NCBI GenBank assembly: GCA_963663165.1
Contig: OY760175.1
Span: forward strand, 3,072,001-3,136,000
DNA length: 64,000 bases
From: an uncultured Desulfospira sp.
GTDB lineage: Bacteria > Desulfobacterota > Desulfobacteria > Desulfobacterales > Desulfobacteraceae
Direction of reading: 5' to 3'
Notes under the pieces: model-generated
Told to the model about the DNA's origin: nothing
Seen by the model: the letters and a program-made list of their open reading frames with translations, nothing else
The model's database searches: none
Program-made: the position numbers and the translations under genes
Shown here: positions 57,435 to 64,000 of the stretch, piece by piece
How the letters are laid out: every line of letters starts with the position of its first letter
Numbering within the stretch: the first letter of the stretch is position 1

Positions 57435-58583
57435 TCAACCATCAACCCGGAAGTCTGCCAGGGGCATCACCATCACGTTTTCTGAGATAGGGTAGGCAGA
57501 ATCCACCGACGCGATTACCATGGCTTGATCCGGGGAGATATCCTCAAGGCAGTTCCAAAAATTTTTCTTAAGCTGTGGGGTGGTTGACGATTTGATCTCC
57601 ACCGCAAAGGTTTTTCTGCCTTTGGTTAATACCAGGTCAATCTCAGCTCCGTTTGAGGTCCGGTAAAAAAACGGCTTCCAGCGCGGCAGCCGGGAGACAA
57701 TATTTTCTATGACATAACCCTCGAATGATGCGCCGTAAACCGGGTGAGAAAAAAGGTCGGCCATGGTTTCAATATCCAGCAACGCATGCAGGAGCCCTGA
57801 ATCACGGATATATACTTTGGGGGATTTGATCAGGCGTTTTTTTATATTCCCCGAATAGGGTGCCAGGGTCCGCACTAAAAATGTCTGCTCCAAAAGGTCG
57901 ATATATTTTCTAATGGTGTGTGAGCTGACCCCCATGGAGTCAGCTAATTTTGAGGCATTGAGAACCCGCCCGTGGCAATGAGCCAGCATCCGCCAGAACC
58001 GCCCGATGGTATTTGCCGGCAGTGCAAACCCAAGTTGCGGAATGTCCCTTTCCAGAAAGGTTCGGATATAATCTTCCCGCCACTGAAAACTCAAATCGTG
58101 GCTGTCCGTTAACAGGCTTGGCGGATATCCGCCTTTCAGCCAATGACCTGCGAAATCTTTAAAAGGATCTTCTGTATGATTGAATGGGGTGATTTCAATA
58201 TATGAAATCCGTCCGGCCAGGGATTCACCGCTTTGTCTGATTAAATCTCTGGAAGCCGAGCCGAGAATGAGAAACTGACCATTTTTCCGGCCCCGGTCAA
58301 TGCCCCCTCTTAAAACAGGGAAAATGTCCGGCACCCGCTGGATCTCATCCAAGCAAATCAAATGATCGCTGAACTGTGAAAAAAAAAGCTTCCGGATCGG
58401 ACAATTTGTTTAAATCCGAAGGACGTTCCAAATCCAGGTGGATTGCCTTTGGAAAGTCTTTGATCAGCATATCGGCAAGCGTTGTCTTCCCCACCTGCCT
58501 TGCACCAAGCAAAGCAACGGCAGAAAAACTTTCCAACCGCGTGGCCACGGTTTTTTCATTTCTCTGGGGATAATGTTATGCAT
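57435..58583 (-). pseudogene. AAA_14/DUF4143-type ATP-binding protein with two homopolymer frameshifts
   Basis: GARQVGKTT in ORF 58345-58548; CLDEIQ, LILGS, SLAGR, KSPKVY.RDSG, EIDLV, VEIKS in ORF 57435-58361. Shifts at 58551-58556 and 58379-58387. Confidence 0.82.
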
Positions 58584-58750
58584 ATTTGAACCCCACATTC
58601 AAATATACATAATGTCAAGCGGAGTTAGATGGACACAGTGCATCCGTATGGGGCCTGACTACAGTTTGATGTCAATTTAGGAATAGATCATACGGACAAT
58701 GTATAAAAAGGAGGCCGGAAAAAAAGAGGAATTGAAGACCGGGTGTTGTT

Positions 58751-59128
58751 CTATTTTTTCTCCAAATCCGATATCATGATATCAACTGTCTGGGTGAGGA
58801 CGGGGATATCCTCTTTACAAGTATTGAAGATCTCTTCTGCATCAATATTGAAATAATCATGAACAACGATATTTCTCATTCCCTTTATCTCTGCCCAGGG
58901 GATGGCGGGATATTTTTTTAAAAGGGCTTGGTCTGTCAGTTTGTCGATTTTTTTAACAAGTTCGCCGATCACAATTAAAGGCATGCATAATAAATCCAAT
59001 TTTTCAACACCTTGTGCAGAGTCCGTCAAATCGGAAACCGATTTCACTGTCTGCATTCTTAACTGGATTTTATTCAGGGAATTTTGAAGTTTGTGCAGCA
59101 AATCGATTACTATTTCAAAGTCATACAT
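58751..59128 (-). CDS. HepT-like (DUF86, HEPN) ribonuclease toxin
   Basis: IGE, IPWAEIKGMRNIVVHDYF (Rx4H motif). Confidence 0.9.
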   Translation of the reverse strand: MYDFEIVIDLLHKLQNSLNKIQLRMQTVKSVSDLTDSAQGVEKLDLLCMPLIVIGELVKKIDKLTDQALLKKYPAIPWAEIKGMRNIVVHDYFNIDAEEIFNTCKEDIPVLTQTVDIMISDLEKK

Positions 59129-59414
59129 AAATGACATCCCTTGCAATCCGTTCTTTCAATAGCGGATTTAAGTCTCCCCTATCAGCGACGACATCAACCG
59201 GCATGTCTAAATAGTCTTCCAAACTCATTTTTAAGCTGATCCGATTTAATAGATTGCGTTTTTTAAATTCAACAACAATATCTATATCACTGTCCTTTTT
59301 TACAGATCCCCTGGCAACCGATCCAAAAAGGCCCATTTTGACAACGCCGAATTGCTCCGCCTGATTTTTTTTATATTCTTTCAAAAGGGCTATAATCTGT
59401 TCTCTATTGATCAT
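59121..59414 (-). CDS. MntA-like minimal nucleotidyltransferase antitoxin
   Basis: GLFGSVARG...SDIDIVV...VDVV; overlaps the toxin start. Confidence 0.9.
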   Translation of the reverse strand: MINREQIIALLKEYKKNQAEQFGVVKMGLFGSVARGSVKKDSDIDIVVEFKKRNLLNRISLKMSLEDYLDMPVDVVADRGDLNPLLKERIARDVIYV

Positions 59415-59544
59415 TTCAGCCTTCCTTATTAGGATGTTAAGCAAACAAATTATAAGCGGTTAGGCCGGTGACGTCAATTTAGATTATTTGAAGACACCGT
59501 TTGGCGTTTTTGCATTAGCGGACTACCAATGTCAACGAGAATTA

Positions 59545-59583
59545 CCGGCAGGGTGGTTTTGGGATTGCAACCCACCCTGCCGG
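59545..59583. repeat. GC-rich hairpin with 12-bp perfect arms
   Basis: CCGGCAGGGTGG...CCACCCTGCCGG, directly after the stop of repeat copy 2. Confidence 0.7.
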
Positions 59584-59602
59584 CATCCCGGCCTTTTATA
59601 TC

Positions 59603-59808
59603 TTAAAACGAGCAGTCCTCAGAGCCGAAGCTCTCAGCCAATACCGACAGGTCAAACTGGTCCATGTTCAGCAGGTACGCTGCCAGGTCAGCGCCGTCCG
59701 TATCCCCGTCATCGTCCATGTCACCGCCGCATTTTTTGGGGTCCACCGCTATTTGAACCAAAACGTAAAACCCGGAAAACTCAAAATCCGTATCATGTCC
59801 CTGGAATT
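59603..59808 (-). repeat. 206-bp direct repeat, copy 2
   Basis: Translates to ...CGGDMDDDGDTDGADLAAYLLNMDQFDLSVLAESFGSEDCSF*; begins at AATTCCAGGGACAT. Confidence 0.9.
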
Positions 59809-59869
59809 ACCTCAATTTGAGTTAAATGCATACCCCAGTTTAAATATTTTATGGGACACCGCCAAGCAG

Positions 59870-59911
59870 TCTTAATCGACCCTTTTCAGCATCAAAAAGG
59901 GTCGATTAAGA
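59870..59911. repeat. 17-bp perfect inverted repeat
   Basis: TCTTAATCGACCCTTTT-8 nt-AAAAGGGTCGATTAAGA. Confidence 0.8.
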
Positions 59912-59961
59912 GCTTTTTAACGCCCTTTTTCGATCTTTTTTTCCAAAGTTTTAGATACTTA

Positions 59962-60029
59962 CCGTGGCCCGTCCCCCCGACTCCGTGGCCCGTCCCCCCG
60001 ACTCCACCGCCCCCGACTCCCCGACTCCC
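59962..60029. repeat. Two tandem copies of CCGTGGCCCGTCCCCCCGACT plus two partial CCCCGACTCC copies
   Basis: Read directly. Confidence 0.85.
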
Positions 60030-60564
60030 AAAGATCCCATGCTCCTGGATCTGAAGTTGTTTTCAGAACAGTTTGGACAAGATTCCTGGCAATGACCTTA
60101 TCAGCAGGGTGACCGCATTTGTAAGAATACATTTCTCCTCAACAACTTCCCTTGTTCCGGCAGTAAGAAAACGGATCATCCCCGGGACACGCTTTTCAGG
60201 GCATGACCGAACCATATGCAACCCCATGCACAAACCTGAAACCACAACTTTCTTCGATTTACTTTGGATGGGGAAATTTCCCCATTGAAGGGAAATTAAC
60301 GCAAAAATTGTTCCTGGGATTGTTCAATCATTATGGCCAGCATAAAATATCGGCAAACAGTTTGATTTTACAATCGATCCTAAAAAACAAACCAATGAGA
60401 TTTCTTTTAAATTCAAGGACGTTGAAATGCTGTTTGTGAAAAAAATGTGTTATATTGTGAAAACTTTGTGCTATTTTATTACATTGTTTTCACAATAAAT
60501 CGCAAACGGTGTACCATGGGACAGGATGCCCAAGGTGCCGGCTCATCAACATGCCATACCCCGG

Positions 60565-62067
60565 CTAACCGGTTGCGGCAATTTTGGACAACACTTTCTT
60601 TTTCAGATTGATTTTGTGGTCGGTTGAAAAGTCGACGGTATCGGACCAGGATTGGTCAATGAGGGTTGAAATCTGTCTTGAGAACATGTTCAGGCTGTTG
60701 ATCAGTTCCCTTAAGCGCAAGGTCTGCCGTTTATCCAGGGCGCCGCCGGCGAAGGCGCAAAGCTCGGTGGCACAGAAAGGAAAGTTGGCCAGGACATTGT
60801 CCCGGGTTTTGCCCACCCGGTTAAAGTAGCAGGTCTGAAGGCTTTCGATCATCCGGAAGGGAAAGCCCCACAGCCTTGCAAAGTGAACCCCGATGTTGTC
60901 ATAGGTGGTTCCGATAACCTGTCGGGCCGCCTTTCTTTTGTTGATCTGTTTTTCTTCCATCAGGCCTTTGATCTCAAAATAAGCCTCCGGATAATAATAA
61001 AGAACCATGATCTGACCGAAGTTATGGATCATGGCGCAGATTGAAATTTCTTCAAAATCCTTTAAATCGCTATTGGTAAGGTAATTTACGGCGATGCGAT
61101 ATCCCATGAAGGCGCTGAAATAATTGTTTTCAAGCTCCTGGCGGTGCGCCTGGTTTTCAATGGTCTCAAGAGAAACGAACCGGTTCACGACCTCTTTGAG
61201 TTCTTCATGGCCAAGAAGCATGATGGCGTGGGAAATGGTCCCCACGGTCTTTTTAGAGGATTTTGAATTGGCGACCTTTAAAATATTCAGGGCCATGGCC
61301 ACGTCCCCTAAAATGATCTCTGATACCTCAAGGTTGGTGGAAAATTTTTCGTTAATCTGTTTTTTAACCATCTGCTCGTTTAGCGGCAGCACCGGCAGGT
61401 AATAACTGTCCGCCATCTTTTTTGTCATAAGCTTTAAAGCCTTTTCACGCCTGGCCTCTCTTTCTTTGATTACGTTGCTCAGCAGATCCCTGGTCTTCTC
61501 ATTTGAAGTGTCCGCAGCAGGGGTCATGGCAATTTTTTTGATGCCAAGGACATAATTTTTTTTCAGCTTGGTCAGATCAACGGCTATCCCTTCAACCTGA
61601 AGCTGCTTGTTGGCCTGCTCAACGGCCAGTTCAAAGGTTTTTCGCCCGGATTCGATTTCATCCACGGTCTGGTTAAAATAGGCCACCATGGTGAGTCCCG
61701 GCATGGTGGGATAAATCATGGTGAACAGTTTTACCAGGACAGCGCCCAGGCGATTTTCATGATAAAAATCATTTTCATCAATGCCGATGTAACTTTCGGC
61801 ATGCATCCGGTTTATAGTATCGGCAAAATCGACCCCGGCAGGCACACCGACATCCATCATGTCGTCCATCAGGGTTTCACTGCTGTATCGTTCAACTGGG
61901 TCTTCAGCGGCGGCGGTTATCTCCTTTTCGCGCTGATGGATAAGAAAAAGGCTTGAGAGCATGGGGATGCTGATATTGAAACCGGGAACAGCCCTTTTGA
62001 TCCCGATGTGCTTTAGGGTGTTTGTTTTTAATATGCGGTCAAGTTCTGCCAATACCATGGGAAACAT
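60565..62067 (-). CDS. HDOD domain protein with an uncharacterised N-terminal half
   Basis: LPVLP, IILGDVAMALNILKVANS, TISHAIMLLG, MIHNFGQ, ARLWGFP. Confidence 0.88.
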   Translation of the reverse strand: MFPMVLAELDRILKTNTLKHIGIKRAVPGFNISIPMLSSLFLIHQREKEITAAAEDPVERYSSETLMDDMMDVGVPAGVDFADTINRMHAESYIGIDENDFYHENRLGAVLVKLFTMIYPTMPGLTMVAYFNQTVDEIESGRKTFELAVEQANKQLQVEGIAVDLTKLKKNYVLGIKKIAMTPAADTSNEKTRDLLSNVIKEREARREKALKLMTKKMADSYYLPVLPLNEQMVKKQINEKFSTNLEVSEIILGDVAMALNILKVANSKSSKKTVGTISHAIMLLGHEELKEVVNRFVSLETIENQAHRQELENNYFSAFMGYRIAVNYLTNSDLKDFEEISICAMIHNFGQIMVLYYYPEAYFEIKGLMEEKQINKRKAARQVIGTTYDNIGVHFARLWGFPFRMIESLQTCYFNRVGKTRDNVLANFPFCATELCAFAGGALDKRQTLRLRELINSLNMFSRQISTLIDQSWSDTVDFSTDHKINLKKKVLSKIAATG

Positions 62068-62366
62068 ACCATATAATTCATAAAAAATAGAGACCTAAGC
62101 CCTGTTTTATATGTCATCATGGCGTATTTATCAATGGTGTATTTATCAGGGCCAGGGTGATCGCATGTAACTTGCCTGCCGGTGATGTCCATTTTGATGA
62201 TAAGGATAATCAAGAAACTGGAGACAGGAAACAAGAGACAAGAAAGCAAGGCGTCCAAGCCCCTCTGTGTAGTTTGGCGAAAGCCAAACCTCGGTGCTCT
62301 CTGTGGTTTAAAAGCATGAAATCCCGAAGGGGTTGAATTATTCTTCTTTAACCTCCTGGTTTTATA

Positions 62367-62433
62367 TTGGGATATGGGACTTGGGTAGGCCGTGGATACC
62401 TGCAATCCCCAAGTCCCATATCCCAAGTCCCAA
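62367..62433. repeat. Inverted heptamer cluster with 19-bp perfect arms
   Basis: TTGGGATATGGGACTTGGG ... CCCAAGTCCCATATCCCAA. Confidence 0.78.
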
Positions 62434-62543
62434 ATCCATAATTGGAGATTATCATTATTGCCCATTCCGGAACGGCTTGTTTTTTTTACATGCGATTGTC
62501 CTGTATCAGGAGACATCCATATTTTTTAAAAAGCCTTCAAAGG

Positions 62544-64000
62544 TTAATTCTTTTCCCATTCCAGAATATGTTTTTTGACCGTGCGCCAGTCCAGGCGGGT
62601 GATCTTGGCCACTTCACCATAAGAGCCCCGGGACTGGTAAAGGGTGTGGCAGTATCCCCGGATAAGGTCCTGGGCGGTCAGGTCCCCTTTTTGAACCTGG
62701 GCCGCAAAGCCACGGCCTTCAAGCTGAGAATCCTGCCCGGCCTGGTCCATCAGGCTTTGGTACCGATGTGTGAGCATGATTCGCCTGACACACTGGGCAA
62801 ATTCCCGGACATTGCCCGGCCAGGGGTACTGCAGGCCAGGCCTGCGGGCAATGGCCTTTTTCACCATCAGCTCCAGATCCTTTGACCGGGTGCCTAAAAT
62901 CTTTTCAATGGTAAACCCGAGCAGTTCGTCTATTTCCCCGGGATCTTCTTTAAACCGCTGGCGAAGGGGCGGCATTAAAATCATGTCCGAACACAGCCGG
63001 TAAAAAAAATCAGACCTTAAGGCCCTGCCGCCTGCAATTTCACTAACCGGCCGGTTGGTGGCGGCAATGATTCTTCCCTTAAACTTTTTGGCCTCATATC
63101 CGCCCACCGGATAATAGGTCCGCTCTTCCAGAACCTTGAGCAGCTTAATCTGTAACGGGACAGGCACCTCTCCGATTTCGTCCAGAAAAATAGCGCCGTG
63201 AGCGCTTGCCCGGTCAAGAATGCCGACCCTGTCCTGAACCGCCCCGGTGAATGCCCCTTTTTTATGGCCGAACAGCTCGGATTCAATCAGGTTCTCCGAA
63301 TACTGAGAAAGGTTCAATGACAGAAAGGCCCGGTTAAAGCTTTCTTTGAACCGGCCGGTTTTGGGGTCAAAGGGGATAAAGCCTGACCGGCCGATGGCCG
63401 ATGCCACAGCGCCTTTACCGGTTCCGGTCTCCCCTAATATCAGGGTGGAAAAATCGTCCATCCGGTTCCACAGGTGGGTCTCGTAAATATCCAGGCTGTT
63501 GGTGAACACATTGTTCCACAAGGCGGCTTTCAACCGGACCATGGCAGGGCAGGAGCCCTTGATGTTCCGGTCAATAAAGAAAAAGGCCCGGCGCAGTTGA
63601 AAGCTCAAGGCAAAATAAAAAATGGCCGTGTCCCCGTCAAAGCCCCGGTCTGTGAGAAATGAAAGGGCCTCTTTAGAAAAGTTAATTTTTTCAGGCGTGT
63701 CCCCGGCGGCTATCTGGGCCTCAATATGCCGGTCAAACCGGTCTAAAAAAGATGAAAAAAAGCAAACAATATAGATGCCTTCAGGATTTGCCGGTCCTGT
63801 CCCCGGTATGCCTCAATGTCTGCCCGGCCCCCTTCAAGGGCTGAAAACCGGGCTGTAATTTGTTTGACCATCCCGTCAATGCGTTGATCGATGTCCGTAT
63901 CCCGGGAAAGCCCCGTTATCTTCAAGTCGATTTCTTGTCTTTCACGGCCAAAAGGATTGGCGGTGACCGCATCCCGGACCAGTGTAAAAAAGGCCCGCTG
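62544..64000 (-). pseudogene. Sigma-54-dependent activator (bEBP), 5'-partial, with an apparent frameshift at 63745-63750
   Basis: ILGETGTGKG, ESELFGHKKGAFTGA, FLDEIGE, WPGNVRE, C-terminal HTH. Upstream frame (ANPFGRER...FAFFHLF) joins LDRFDRHIE if one T is added to a T6 run. Confidence 0.8.

Noticed and set aside
57193..59808. Diversity-generating retroelement TR/VR pair
   Set aside because: The 30 mismatches are mixed transitions in both directions rather than adenine-specific, and no reverse transcriptase is in the window.
57193..60060. Classical integron
   Set aside because: No intI gene and no convincing attC sites (RYYYAAC...GTTRRRY) around the cassette genes.
60063..60439. Short ORFs between the repeat region and the HDOD gene (also 25272-25648 and 62028-62578)
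   Set aside because: No RBS or recognisable motifs, and overlapping ORFs on both strands. Treated as non-coding.

Overview
Bacterial chromosomal segment. Gene content and protein style suggest a sulfate-reducing deltaproteobacterium of the Desulfobacteraceae type (inference). Housekeeping blocks: aspS 3' end, minCDE, aroF-aroB, trxA-trxB-bamD-rpmB, ispG-proS-rel-phoH, and radical SAM-cobS-cobD-cbiB-cbiR. Accessory loci: a secreted phage-fibre-like protein, a decaying cnrYXHCBA-like ECF/RND operon, a Tat-exported [FeFe]-hydrogenase operon, a TonB/CooC/ABC/methyltransferase metal-uptake operon, an orphan BrxC C-terminal-like gene, a LacI-controlled Ugp-like ABC locus, and a toxin-antitoxin cassette between 206-bp direct repeats. 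Best leads: (1) a degenerate [NiFe]-type maturation protease inside the [FeFe]-hydrogenase operon, a candidate for the C-terminal processing of periplasmic HydA; (2) an unannotated Phe/Tyr/Trp-rich leader peptide attenuator before aroF; (3) a HutP-target-like terminator in the metal-uptake leader; (4) cassette boundaries marked by a GTCCCYGGAATT motif; (5) a structured AUGAA-repeat RNA candidate. Several homopolymer frameshifts may be assembly errors. No tRNA, rRNA or CRISPR array was recognised. All family assignments come from motif recognition by eye, not database searches.
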